From IMG/VR virus record IMGVR_UViG_3300010373_000040, positions 1 through 64,000 of that record: a stretch of DNA of 64,000 bases; one strand, written 5' to 3'. The translations under genes and the position numbers were made by a program. This DNA comes from a virus. Numbering within the stretch: the stretch's first letter is position 1; each line of letters starts with the position of its first letter. This document shows, in pieces, positions 1 to 10,813 of this stretch. The notes below the pieces were generated by a model. The model saw only the letters and a list, made by a program, of their open reading frames with translations. It did no database searches and had not been told where the DNA came from.

Positions 1-3000
1 AAGGATCTAGAGACTACTGTAAATGAAGATGTAAAATGGTTTCTTAGTCATATACCTGATGGTAAAGGAGGCTTCTATAATTCTAGAAAAGTATTTCCCG
101 TAGCTATTAAGCTAGTGAATACTATTGACTTCACTAGTCCTCTAAGAAATCAGAATCCTGTAAACTTAGCCAAGAATGATAGATTGAGCTTGTCTCTAGC
201 TAAAGAGATGAGGAATCTGTTTGAACATATAGATCCTACAGTAACAGTTAAACCTAACCCTAACTATAGTTTCTTAGATGGTCAGTTTGCTGTGTATAGT
301 AAAGCTCTTACAAATAACAAACTTAATACTAAAACTCTAGTAAAGGGATATGTACCATTACATGAGAATTATGATTGGGAGAACCTTAGACAGAAAAAAG
401 AGATAGTTTTCTTAAAATGGAATAAGAATAAAATCCCTACATTAGGGGGATATATTGATTACATAGCTGAGTTTACTGGTGAAGATCCTGTAGACATTTA
501 TAAAGCTTATATGCAACAAGAAGCTAAACAAATAGTAGCTGGAGTTGTACAAAGCTTAGGGTCTTATAGAAAAAGAAAGCCTTACAATGTTATATTTAGA
601 AATAATGAGGAAGGAGTACTTACAGCTAGAAATAGAACTAATACTCCAATAGATGCAACAGCTAAGAATAAATCTAATCTTGTAACAGCTTTAATTGATA
701 ATTTTGAAAAGAATCCTAATATTCTTTCTAGTAAGCACACTCCTGAGAGTCTTGGTAAAGCTTTTGGTTTCTCTGATAGCTTACTTAAAGAATTCTTAAA
801 GGAGCCTCAGAGAGAGGGTATATTAAAACATGCTGAGGTAGTATTTAAACATCTTCAACCTTTACTAGATAGCTCTGAGGATATAGTTGCTCAGGATGAA
901 GCTTTCTCTAAAGTAATGTCAGCTCTTAAATCTGATAATGCTATAACTCTATTAGCTGAGGCTATGGCTGAGATTAATGGGGAATTCACTTTGTCTTCTG
1001 TATTAGATGCTGAGGGTAAACAGAATTATTTGTTTGTACCTAGTAGTAATGCTTATGATGTATTAGGAGCTTTGAAAGAAGTTAAAGACATTTCAGAATT
1101 AAAATCTACAAAATATAAAGAACATGCTCTGGACTACCTTACTAAAACAGAAGAAGTGGTGGATGGAGTTAGTTATAATACTTTCTATAGTTTCAATCCT
1201 TATATACATAATCTACAAACCCATAAGATTTATGATGTGGTGGATGCAGATGGTATAGTAGATCAAAGTTTTGGAAATAATAAAGTAACTCAGTATTCAG
1301 AAGAGAAAGATCCTGACTATGTATTAAGAACTTTTAATGCTGGATTCCTAAATAGTCTTGCTACTAAAGGAACTCCCAGGTATGTACAATTTTTATATAC
1401 CAACTCTAACAGACCTACACCACTTGCTGTAGAGATCCCTTTACAGTCTGAAAAGTCTATAGATGAGAGTATTCAAAAAGGTATTGATCAACTTCTAAAT
1501 AAGCTTGATCTTAAATATCTAGAAAATGGTATAGACTCTTATAATAAGAATCCATTCTTAAATATGGGAGCTTTTGAGATAGGTATTCAAAGAGTCTTAA
1601 GATCTAACAAGAAGGGTAAAGCTTTGCTTGAAGAATATAAAGAGAAGGGAAAGCCTGACGCTGTAGTTCAAATTAAAATAGCTATTGTTAATAAAGATCT
1701 CAATTACATTAAATCTTTAATTGAAGATAATAAACTCCCTTTACAGGATAATTTAAATAAAGCTATTACTAAAATCAATGAGATTAATAGTGCAGGTATA
1801 TACAAATTCCCTATAAATAAAGTAGCAGAAGATTTTCAATACACGCCTTGGGTGAATGACAGACCTTCTTATAACTATCCTATACAGACAGATGAGGTTA
1901 TTAGACAGTTCTTATTGAACAATTATATTAACAATATTTTCCTTAACCAGCTTATCATTGGTGACTCTACTATCTATGGAGATGCTAATGGTGTTGTAAA
2001 AAGAATGTCTATTGCTACAGCTCCAGGACAGAAAGGATTCTCTAATCCAATCAATGGTGTGCCTACTGAGGTAGATTTCTTGGTAGCTGAGGATGATGTA
2101 CAAGAAGTGCTAGATGAGATATTTAAAGGTTCTAAAGTAGAAGGAACTACCTATGAGACTACAGATGCTCAGATGTGGCATACTGATAGATTTAGCACAA
2201 TTCTTCAAAATATGTATGGTAGGAGATATGGTCTTAGCTTAGTATCTAAGCCTGTGTATCATAAGACAGATTCTCAAGGTATAACTAGAACTATCAAGAC
2301 CTCTGGGTTAAATCTTGGTTTTACTGAAGGAATGCATAAGGATGTTACAGCTAACTTGCAGGAACTGAATGCTATCTTAAACTCCCACAATGTTATGGGT
2401 ATAGTCCCTAAGTCAGCTAATAAGTCTGGAGGTAACACAGCTAAATTGGGATTACAGACTAGAGACTTTACTACTGAAGAGTTAGCTACTTTATCTGAAC
2501 CAGCTCAGGAGTATTTAAAAGATGTTACTACTATCAATAATGAAACACTAGCTAAAGCCAAAGGGCAACCTTTCTATGGTGAGCTATTGACTTTCAGGAA
2601 CACTCTTAAAACAGGTAAGTTTGATATTCAATATAAAACAGAAGCTAATGTTACAGCTTATGATGCTTCTAAATTCAAATTAGATACCAGATTCCTGAGA
2701 ATGCAATTAAACCCTTCTCATGATCTTAATATGTCTACTAGTAACCCTAGCCAGCTTCAAAGCTTCTTAGGTATCTTGGTGAAGCCTGAAACAGAATCTA
2801 ATGTAGATGCTATCTATAGAGATTATTCTAACCTCTCTCAGATGTATAGAAGAGAGCTGTTAGGAGCTGTACAAACTAGTGGTAGTTTTGATAATTCTAA
2901 ATTAACTAATCTTATTAAAGAGACTTTACAAGCTAAAGGATCTGAGAGGTTAGCTGATGTTATTTCCTACATAGGTATTGATCATCCTTCTGTATATAAG

Positions 3001-5949
3001 AAGGTCCAAACACAACTTAGTTCTATTATAGAGAAAAGAGGTCTTGTCACTAAGTTCAATGGGGGTAAGTTCACATTGATCTCCTCTCACATGTTTTTTA
3101 ATCCTATTACTAAAGATAGATTGAGATACATTGAGGACCCTAAGACAGGTAAAAGGTATGCTGAGGTGTTAGCTCCAGCAGATCTCTTTGATAAAGCCAC
3201 ACAAGCTAAGATTAAGAATGATGAAGAAGTATTACTTCATTCTGAGCAATTAGCTTTCAGGATTCCTTCTACAGAATTACACTCTGCTGTAGTTTTAAAA
3301 GTAGTGGGATTCCATACTAGTGAGAATAACTCCTTAGTGTTACCTCAAGAAATAGTACCTCTGCATGGATCAGATTATGATGTTGATGCTCTATTCTTAA
3401 TTCTTAAAGAGAAAGCTTCTTCCACTATTAAGATAGGAGATATTGAAGTATCTAAAGGTCAGCCTATAGGTTATAACGAGTCTGGTAAATTTATACAGAA
3501 CTATGATAAAACTATTATAGCTCAAAAAGGAGAAGATTCTAAAGAGAATAGAAAACTTGATAACTTGCTCAAAGCTTTCTATAAGAATAGAATCATGTAC
3601 AATATGCTTGAGGTTATTCAGAAAGAGAAGGTTAGAATGAATAACCCTATTAGCATGGATGTTCTTAAAGATCCTTCTACAGAAGGTTCTATGGCTCAAT
3701 ACCTGAGTAATCTAGGAGCGTTAGCAGAATCTGGTAGCCTGGATCTATCTTCATTTAAAGACAACCACACCTCCTATAAATCTAACATGGCTGGTACAGC
3801 TCTTACTGGCATCATGGCTAACAATACTAAAGCTATTGCAGTGCTTACTAGAGCTGGACAACATAAATTTGGCTTGAACTATTTAGGTAAAGAGCTTAAT
3901 ACTTTCTCAGATACTCAGGAAGTATTTGATACTCTAGATGCTTTGGTGAATGCTGCCATTGACAATGTTAAGGAGCAAATCCTATTCAAAGGAAATATCT
4001 CTATTGAAACAGGTAATGTAGTAGCTACTATGGTAGGCTTAGGTTTACCTATGAATGAAGTATTTGGTTTAATAGCTCAACCTGCTGTTAGATTAGTATC
4101 TGCTTATGGTAATTCACAGAAAGGTAAGAGTCAGATCAGAAGTCTTATTTATAGTAGATTAGAGGAATTAGGTGTTAGCACTGGAGACTTCTCTAAAGCT
4201 GTGGAAGAATATGAGATTAACCAGAGTGACCTAGATGATGCTATTGAAGGTCTTCCTATGGGAGCTGATATAGATGTATCTAAATGGGAATATGCTGATC
4301 TTATCTTACAACAAGCGGTATTAAAGAAGTTTGATGAGTTTAGTGTAGTGGGAGCTTTATTAAGAGATACCTCTTCATCTTTAACTATCCTAAGAGAAGC
4401 ACCATCAAACTATGCTGAGATTAAATCCAAACTGGCTACATGGGGTAAAATATTTGGTAAGTCTAATTTAGCCCTTATTCCTGTGGTAGAAGGAGGACAA
4501 GTTACTGATGTAGTTCCTTTCCCTAGTCCAATAGATGATGAACCTATTTTAGAACTATCTCAGTTCTTTGAGAAAAGTCCTTATATTAAAGAAGCTATTA
4601 CTACAATATATAATCATAAGTTGATTAGTGATCAAAGTCCTTTATATAACCCTAAGTTGAATGCTTTTGTAGAATCTTTTAGTGCTAGAAATGGAAAAAA
4701 TATTGGATTGGATGCTCCTGTGGTATTTACGCTTGACAATAAACAAGAGAAACATGAGGAAGCCCTAAGAGAACAAATTCTTAGATTAGCTGTTGCTCAG
4801 ATCTATATGAATGAGGTTAAAAATGATACATTAGAAAAGACCTCTAAAAAAGGTACTAAATATGTAATCAGAAAAGCTGCAGCATTTAAAGAGAAGTTTG
4901 CTCAGGAAGTTAAGTCTATAAAAGAAGCCTATAAGAAGCTCCCCAAAGATGAGCAGAACAATAGGTTTATGGACTACTTGATAGGAGAATATTCTCATAA
5001 GAAAAATATTAGCATTGTAACTTTCAGACAACCTTCTAATTTACAGGAGTCAGATATTTTAGAAATACAAGATGCTTTCACAGATATTTCAAAGTTGAAT
5101 ATTCCAGGAATAGATTTGGAACAGTTTAAGAACAACTTAGTGAAGTATTCAGCTCTTTCTACAGGAATGTCTTTTGGACTAACAGGTTATAGTCAGTTTA
5201 TCCCTGGACAAGCTCTTATAGACAATGCTGAGAAGTTTAAAGGAGCTTTGACTAATATTTCTAATAATCTAGACACCTTGCAGCTTCCTATAGTTATGAT
5301 GCTGGCTAAGAGTAAGCCAGAGGTATTCAAATCTGTAAGAAGCAAGCTGTTAGATAGAGCTGAAAAAGATGAAAAAGGTTTCCAAAAGGTTAAACCTGGG
5401 AAAGCAATTCTTACTAATGGAGCTATTGCTGAATATGATATTTTAATCCCTAAGTTAAATATTGATCCTGAAGATGCTGAAAAGTATGATCTTCTTACAG
5501 AGCCTACAGGGATAGTAAATTTCATAACAGGTAAGTATTCAGCTCCTTATATTTTACTAGGAGAAACTGATACAGGGTTTGCTTATAGAAGATTATTCCC
5601 TACTAGTTCTGTAGCTGATTTTGACTTTAATGTTGATGATTATTTGGATAATCCTTTACAGTTAGAGAGTGCTTTTGATCCTAGAGTGAGAGAGTTATTT
5701 ACTTACTCCTTAGAAGAAGCAGGGCCTATAATTACAGCTAAAGATGTTAGTGTTTATAATGTGGGAGATGTAATCACTCTAACCAACTCTTCTGATTATT
5801 TCAGAGAGAACTCCATAAGAGTTATTATTGACTCAATCTCACCTTTAGAGAATACTAATAAGATTACGGTGAGTTATACAAAAGGTACTCAGAACTTGAA
5901 TACTGCTGAGAAATTAGATAAGTTTAAGAAACAATTTAAAGTCTGCTAG
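1..5949 (+). CDS. Virion-packaged DNA-dependent RNA polymerase (crAss-like, phi14:2 gp66 type), 5'-truncated
   Basis: Frame is open from base 1, so 115 is not the true start. Catalytic DxDxD motif in LHGSDYDVDALF, upstream RIPSTELHS and TTDAQ motifs; giant size and position fit Crassvirales ejection proteins. Confidence 0.88.
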   Translation, partial: KDLETTVNEDVKWFLSHIPDGKGGFYNSRKVFPVAIKLVNTIDFTSPLRNQNPVNLAKNDRLSLSLAKEMRNLFEHIDPTVTVKPNPNYSFLDGQFAVYSKALTNNKLNTKTLVKGYVPLHENYDWENLRQKKEIVFLKWNKNKIPTLGGYIDYIAEFTGEDPVDIYKAYMQQEAKQIVAGVVQSLGSYRKRKPYNVIFRNNEEGVLTARNRTNTPIDATAKNKSNLVTALIDNFEKNPNILSSKHTPESLGKAFGFSDSLLKEFLKEPQREGILKHAEVVFKHLQPLLDSSEDIVAQDEAFSKVMSALKSDNAITLLAEAMAEINGEFTLSSVLDAEGKQNYLFVPSSNAYDVLGALKEVKDISELKSTKYKEHALDYLTKTEEVVDGVSYNTFYSFNPYIHNLQTHKIYDVVDADGIVDQSFGNNKVTQYSEEKDPDYVLRTFNAGFLNSLATKGTPRYVQFLYTNSNRPTPLAVEIPLQSEKSIDESIQKGIDQLLNKLDLKYLENGIDSYNKNPFLNMGAFEIGIQRVLRSNKKGKALLEEYKEKGKPDAVVQIKIAIVNKDLNYIKSLIEDNKLPLQDNLNKAITKINEINSAGIYKFPINKVAEDFQYTPWVNDRPSYNYPIQTDEVIRQFLLNNYINNIFLNQLIIGDSTIYGDANGVVKRMSIATAPGQKGFSNPINGVPTEVDFLVAEDDVQEVLDEIFKGSKVEGTTYETTDAQMWHTDRFSTILQNMYGRRYGLSLVSKPVYHKTDSQGITRTIKTSGLNLGFTEGMHKDVTANLQELNAILNSHNVMGIVPKSANKSGGNTAKLGLQTRDFTTEELATLSEPAQEYLKDVTTINNETLAKAKGQPFYGELLTFRNTLKTGKFDIQYKTEANVTAYDASKFKLDTRFLRMQLNPSHDLNMSTSNPSQLQSFLGILVKPETESNVDAIYRDYSNLSQMYRRELLGAVQTSGSFDNSKLTNLIKETLQAKGSERLADVISYIGIDHPSVYKKVQTQLSSIIEKRGLVTKFNGGKFTLISSHMFFNPITKDRLRYIEDPKTGKRYAEVLAPADLFDKATQAKIKNDEEVLLHSEQLAFRIPSTELHSAVVLKVVGFHTSENNSLVLPQEIVPLHGSDYDVDALFLILKEKASSTIKIGDIEVSKGQPIGYNESGKFIQNYDKTIIAQKGEDSKENRKLDNLLKAFYKNRIMYNMLEVIQKEKVRMNNPISMDVLKDPSTEGSMAQYLSNLGALAESGSLDLSSFKDNHTSYKSNMAGTALTGIMANNTKAIAVLTRAGQHKFGLNYLGKELNTFSDTQEVFDTLDALVNAAIDNVKEQILFKGNISIETGNVVATMVGLGLPMNEVFGLIAQPAVRLVSAYGNSQKGKSQIRSLIYSRLEELGVSTGDFSKAVEEYEINQSDLDDAIEGLPMGADIDVSKWEYADLILQQAVLKKFDEFSVVGALLRDTSSSLTILREAPSNYAEIKSKLATWGKIFGKSNLALIPVVEGGQVTDVVPFPSPIDDEPILELSQFFEKSPYIKEAITTIYNHKLISDQSPLYNPKLNAFVESFSARNGKNIGLDAPVVFTLDNKQEKHEEALREQILRLAVAQIYMNEVKNDTLEKTSKKGTKYVIRKAAAFKEKFAQEVKSIKEAYKKLPKDEQNNRFMDYLIGEYSHKKNISIVTFRQPSNLQESDILEIQDAFTDISKLNIPGIDLEQFKNNLVKYSALSTGMSFGLTGYSQFIPGQALIDNAEKFKGALTNISNNLDTLQLPIVMMLAKSKPEVFKSVRSKLLDRAEKDEKGFQKVKPGKAILTNGAIAEYDILIPKLNIDPEDAEKYDLLTEPTGIVNFITGKYSAPYILLGETDTGFAYRRLFPTSSVADFDFNVDDYLDNPLQLESAFDPRVRELFTYSLEEAGPIITAKDVSVYNVGDVITLTNSSDYFRENSIRVIIDSISPLENTNKITVSYTKGTQNLNTAEKLDKFKKQFKVC

Positions 5950-8900
5950 ATGAATTGCTCAATATCCCCTGTTAATCCATTTACAAATAAGGATAGTACG
6001 CTATTCAAAGAACTACTCTATAAATATGGGGATAGACAACAGGCTTTACTTAAATATGGGGATTATCTCAATAATAACCCTGAGTTATTTAAAGGGGAGA
6101 ATGAGCCAATGTTATCTCATTTTGAAAGCTTAGAGAGAGAAGTCCCTGTAGATATTAAAGAAGGCCCCATAAATGAAGCAAACTCTAATCCTTATATAGA
6201 GGCTGTTGAACAACAATCATTAATGTACTCCTATAATGATGAAACTAAAGAATATAAAGACTTCTCAAGTGGTAAAACTCCTAACAGAGTTACTTCTGTG
6301 GTTCAGTATTTTACTGGCAGGGAGCCTAAGCTTATAGTTACAGATGAAGAAATAGCAGCTAAACAAGCTGATAAACTCTGGAATGGTTATGATAAAACAG
6401 AGAAGCTTCTCATAGATAATAAAGAAGTCACCTATGATCAGTATGTAGCTAATACAGCTAAAAATATGAAATTAGGTGTTATTAAAGGTAATGCTATCCA
6501 TAGCTGGTTACAATATGCTGCCTCCAAAGACCCTAGATTTGAACAGAAAGCTTTAGAATATGAAGCTCAGACTATAGGATATGGGTTAGGTGGGGCAGCT
6601 ATTGATTATTCTTGGGCTAGGTCCTATGCTAGTACTATCTTTAAGAATGCTGGAATAGCTTTAAAACCATTTGGTGCTTTACAAGCTGATGTTATAAAGC
6701 CAGAGGTAGTTATAGGGAATAACATCATCAACATGTCCGGTACTGCTGATATGGTAGTCTATCATGATGATAACACTGTTTCCATTGTAGATTGGAAAAC
6801 TGGTTCTGGCTTCACTAACTCTACTACAGATAAACTGATCTCTTTTGGTTTACAGAGTAGATTAATTACAGACTCTCCTAAGAATAGAGCTAAACTGCAG
6901 ATTGCTCTGTATGCTTTCATGCTAAAGCTTAATAACCCTGACATGCAATTTAAGAATCTAAAGGTAGCCCATATACCAGATTCTCATACTGCAGGGAGAG
7001 CCTTTGTAGATGCTGATGTGGATATGGATAACTACATCCCTATGATAGAAGCTCTATTTAAGGATAAGAAGTTTTTAGAAATAGCCGGATTATCTACAGA
7101 TACATTAAAGAAGATAAAAGAAGCGTCTCCTAGAGCGTTTGTAGTAGGGGATTATCAAAGTACAACTGCTACAGCTTACTCAGACCTCCTTCAAAAGGGT
7201 GCTGGACCTGCTACAATGTCTAAAATAGCAGATATTAACTATTTATCTAATAAAAAAGAGATTGAAGGTTCTTTATCTAAAGAGGAACAGAAAGTTTTAG
7301 CAAAAGCTACTCAGGACCTATTAGATATGGAGAACATTCTAGGGATTAAACTACCTAGAGAGATCCCTGCTGATTATGAGATTGGTTTGATCACTAAGCT
7401 TACAGGTACTTATATGGATACTAATAATCCATATTTGAAGTTGTTGAAAGTTCTACAGGATCAGAGAATGGATAAGGCTGTTCAGAATTATACTAAGATA
7501 GAACAGAAGTTTGAACAACTTCTCCAGGATGTTAGACAAGAGCATGGTGATAATAAAGTAGGTAAGACATTAGGCAGATTTAATTTTGACAGTAATCCTG
7601 CTTTCTGGGATTGGGCCTATAATGAAGTAAGGGATGAGGAAGGTAATTATTCTAAAACTCTTATTACTGATGAAGATGTAGCTTTATGGAATAACCTATC
7701 AGCTTCTCAGAAAGCTCTTCTAACCTATGTAAATAAAACTCAGGAAAAGGTATTTACAGATCCTAACAGCCATTTAAATAAAATAGTCTATAAGGAGAAT
7801 GGTGAGAGCTACACAGCTTTAGATTGGTACAACCTCCAGACTAATCAGAGAAAGTTAGGTTTTAAATATCAGAAAGGGTGGTTTCCTAAAACCATGATGA
7901 CAGAGGCTGAGGTTAACAGAAAGAATGGTGGAAGATTGAAAATAGCTAACTTGAAAGAGAAAGTTAAAATGATGCTAACTGACTTTGTGGAAACAAACTA
8001 CGAAGGAATTAATCAGTATGGTATACCTTTAAAATACATAGGTTCTTCTGAAGTCCAGAAGTCAGGTAACTACTCCTCTAACTTAGAGCAGTCTTTTTTG
8101 ACCTTCATGAAACAGATTACCTTGAAAGAGCAATTGGATGATATTTACTCCCTGGCTCAAGGTATTAAAGCTATTCATGTTATTTCTGAGAATAAGAATC
8201 AGAATGTGCTGTTTAAACAGACTTTGGAGTTTATTGATGATAGAGTATTAGCCGATTTAGTAGGTAGAGCGCACAAAGATGTCTTATTTAGAATCCCATT
8301 TGTAATGAATAAAAATGGTGATAAGCTAGATGTCTATAAACTAATGGCTTTTATTAAGAAGATGGTTACCCTTAAAATAATGGGTTTTCAGCTATTCAGA
8401 GGTGCTAAAAACGGTATTTTTGCTACAATGGTTAACTATAGAAATGGTAGGGTTAACTGGATAGCTTCTAAATTTGATGGTATAGATGGAGATGAAATGT
8501 CCTACACTCCAGGAGATCTAGCTAAGGCAAATGCTTTAGTGTCTGCCTATATGGGTAAGACTATTCAAGGTACTCACAGGAATGATAAAATCTGGCATTT
8601 AGCTAAACAATCTAGATACCTTACTCATGACATTATACATAAGTCAGAATCCACTTATTTGAGTAAAAATAATGGTAGTGCTATGGATAAAGCTCTATCA
8701 TTTTACTCAATACCTGAGGAATGGAATTCCCTATCTGTGATGGTGGCTCAATTACTTCACATGAAGACTAAAGATGGGAAATCTGTCTTTGACCAATATG
8801 AGGTAGTAGATGGACAACTTATCTGGAATGGTGGAGTAAGAGGCTACACAGAAAATGCTGTTGGGGAAAAAGTACCTCTTAGAGGATTAAATTCTTTAGA

Positions 8901-9672
8901 ATTTGGTAAGATGAGAAGAGTCTATGAGAAATTACATGGACAATATAGACAGGATGAGAAATCTACTGCCGAACTATACTTCTTAGGGAACCTAATGATG
9001 ATGTTTGCTAGACATGTTCCTACCTACTTTAGAAACAACTTTGGGGAACCTACTATTGATACTTACCAAGGATCTTATAGAAAAAAGGGTACAATCAAGA
9101 CTGTAAATGAATTAGGAGAAGAGCAGGAAGATGATGTCTATGAGTGGATTGAACAAGTAAATAGAGGTAGATATAGACTATTATGGCAGTGGGCTAGAGG
9201 AATTAGAAGTGCTAGTGAATGGTCAGATTTAGAGAGAAGAGGAGCTGTTGAAGCTGGTTATACAGCATTCTCATCCTTAGTATTTGCTACTCTATCAGCT
9301 CTATTTATAGGACTAGTATTTGATGACGATGATGAAGATTCTCCACAAGCTAAGTTATTAAGTGGTTTAGTGAGAGATTTTGCTTCACCTATTAATCCAA
9401 CAGCTTCTTTAGGTATTACTGCAGGAGGAAAAGGTGCTGGAAACTTAGTTACAGGTGAAATAGGGAAGCTTTTTGGAAATATTACAGATTTAGCTTGGGC
9501 TTATCCTGGCTATAAACTAGGTATTTTAACAGAGAAGCAAGCTATGACTAATGATGGTCTTTATAAAGGTCAGAAATCACTTATGAATAATCTTCCTTTA
9601 GTTGGTACTACTGTACAGTTAAACCAGTTTATGCAGAACGATGGAGATAGAAATATATTCTTTGATGAATAG
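5950..9672 (+). CDS. Large virion ejection protein with PD-(D/E)XK nuclease domain and C-terminal hydrophobic segments
   Basis: GTADMVV..IVDWKTG..KLQIALYAFML nuclease motifs; follows vRNAP directly; hydrophobic stretch FSSLVFATLSALFIGLVF. Confidence 0.75.
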   Translation: MNCSISPVNPFTNKDSTLFKELLYKYGDRQQALLKYGDYLNNNPELFKGENEPMLSHFESLEREVPVDIKEGPINEANSNPYIEAVEQQSLMYSYNDETKEYKDFSSGKTPNRVTSVVQYFTGREPKLIVTDEEIAAKQADKLWNGYDKTEKLLIDNKEVTYDQYVANTAKNMKLGVIKGNAIHSWLQYAASKDPRFEQKALEYEAQTIGYGLGGAAIDYSWARSYASTIFKNAGIALKPFGALQADVIKPEVVIGNNIINMSGTADMVVYHDDNTVSIVDWKTGSGFTNSTTDKLISFGLQSRLITDSPKNRAKLQIALYAFMLKLNNPDMQFKNLKVAHIPDSHTAGRAFVDADVDMDNYIPMIEALFKDKKFLEIAGLSTDTLKKIKEASPRAFVVGDYQSTTATAYSDLLQKGAGPATMSKIADINYLSNKKEIEGSLSKEEQKVLAKATQDLLDMENILGIKLPREIPADYEIGLITKLTGTYMDTNNPYLKLLKVLQDQRMDKAVQNYTKIEQKFEQLLQDVRQEHGDNKVGKTLGRFNFDSNPAFWDWAYNEVRDEEGNYSKTLITDEDVALWNNLSASQKALLTYVNKTQEKVFTDPNSHLNKIVYKENGESYTALDWYNLQTNQRKLGFKYQKGWFPKTMMTEAEVNRKNGGRLKIANLKEKVKMMLTDFVETNYEGINQYGIPLKYIGSSEVQKSGNYSSNLEQSFLTFMKQITLKEQLDDIYSLAQGIKAIHVISENKNQNVLFKQTLEFIDDRVLADLVGRAHKDVLFRIPFVMNKNGDKLDVYKLMAFIKKMVTLKIMGFQLFRGAKNGIFATMVNYRNGRVNWIASKFDGIDGDEMSYTPGDLAKANALVSAYMGKTIQGTHRNDKIWHLAKQSRYLTHDIIHKSESTYLSKNNGSAMDKALSFYSIPEEWNSLSVMVAQLLHMKTKDGKSVFDQYEVVDGQLIWNGGVRGYTENAVGEKVPLRGLNSLEFGKMRRVYEKLHGQYRQDEKSTAELYFLGNLMMMFARHVPTYFRNNFGEPTIDTYQGSYRKKGTIKTVNELGEEQEDDVYEWIEQVNRGRYRLLWQWARGIRSASEWSDLERRGAVEAGYTAFSSLVFATLSALFIGLVFDDDDEDSPQAKLLSGLVRDFASPINPTASLGITAGGKGAGNLVTGEIGKLFGNITDLAWAYPGYKLGILTEKQAMTNDGLYKGQKSLMNNLPLVGTTVQLNQFMQNDGDRNIFFDE

Positions 9673-10040
9673 CTAATACCGATTATACCCTAGATTAATA
9701 GATTAGAAGTTGGAAGGTAAAAAGAAGTTAACCCCCTTACCCCCTTAATAAGAGAGTTAACTTCAATCATACCCTGAGTTAATGAGTTATTATTGGTGAG
9801 GCTCTAAAAGGAAAAAGTTAATCCGTGCTTTAGATTTAAATGTTGCAAACCCTTATGTCAGGTGGGCTATCTGATTTGTCGTAAAAGAGAGCTAGGCCCC
9901 AGTCCGCATACAAATCTTCTTAATTTACCAAAGGGCCAAGAAAGCAAAATGCCCTGAAAGGTGGGACTTCCAAGGCATCTGCTAAGTGAGTTTTTAGGCT
10001 CAAATGATAATGTTTTTGAATGTCCCACCATCCTATGCTA

Positions 10041-10048
10041 CAAAACTA
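10041..10048 (-). promoter_or_regulatory. Candidate Bacteroidota -7 promoter (TAGTTTTG) pointing leftwards into a structured intergenic region
   Basis: Matches TAnnTTTG; 10 nt upstream of an ATG and structured sequence. Confidence 0.4.
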
Positions 10049-10108
10049 ATAAAAAGTATTAAGAATACAAATATTAATAGTAAAAGATTTAAGATAATAA
10101 GTAATTGG

Positions 10109-10137
10109 AAAGGGGTGTTTTAAAGACACCCTTTTTT
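10109..10137 (+). terminator. Intrinsic terminator (possibly bidirectional)
   Basis: aaaggggtgt-tttaaag-acaccctttttt hairpin with U tract. Confidence 0.75.
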
Positions 10138-10149
10138 GTGAGATATAAG

Positions 10150-10157
10150 TATATTTG
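10150..10157 (+). promoter_or_regulatory. -7 promoter element TATATTTG
   Basis: TAnnTTTG directly after a terminator and before ATG 10161; same 8-mer precedes other operons. Confidence 0.6.
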
Positions 10158-10160
10158 TTC

Positions 10161-10811
10161 ATGAGTGTACCTACATTTACTATAGATCTCCAACCTGTTA
10201 ACTTACTGACTCTGAAGAACACAGATTCTGTAAATTTGTATTTTGCTCTGTATCAGCTTAGTGATGATGGAACCACCTTTAATGTGGTAACTATAACCCC
10301 TACCTCTCCTCTAAATTTAGATGGTAGTCTTCCACCTTCTGGAACTTTTCAGATGTACTTGGCTGACAATCTTTATAAAATATTCATTAGTAATGCTCCA
10401 GTAGTAATAGTTAATGTTAATACTGATCCTGGTTACTACATTCTAGCTGATCAGAATATTAAAGCTTGTGAAAGATCTTTAATCTTAAAGAATCTTTGTC
10501 CTCCTACAGGTGGTTGTGATGCCATAGGAGATAGAAAATACATTGAAAAAAGAGTTAAATTCCTGGATTTGAAGTTTGGGTTATACTATATCTATAGTAA
10601 TTGGATTCAACACCAAGCTTATACTATGCTATTTGTTCCTACAAATCAGGAATTACTCTCTATGAGGGATTATCTAACTCAGTTATTAGCTCTTTGTGGT
10701 TGTAGCAATACTGAATGTAAACAGTGTACTGGAGGATATATTAGTGTTAGTAACTGGAGAGCTATAGATCATACTTCTAATAATATTGCACAAGATTGCG
10801 GTTGTAATTAA
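10161..10811 (+). CDS. Cys-rich tail/hub-type structural protein
   Basis: ATG at 10161 preferred to TTG 10155; ends in CGCSNTECKQC..DCGCN; first gene of the tail/fibre operon. Confidence 0.5.
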   Translation: MSVPTFTIDLQPVNLLTLKNTDSVNLYFALYQLSDDGTTFNVVTITPTSPLNLDGSLPPSGTFQMYLADNLYKIFISNAPVVIVNVNTDPGYYILADQNIKACERSLILKNLCPPTGGCDAIGDRKYIEKRVKFLDLKFGLYYIYSNWIQHQAYTMLFVPTNQELLSMRDYLTQLLALCGCSNTECKQCTGGYISVSNWRAIDHTSNNIAQDCGCN

Positions 10812-10813
10812 TT

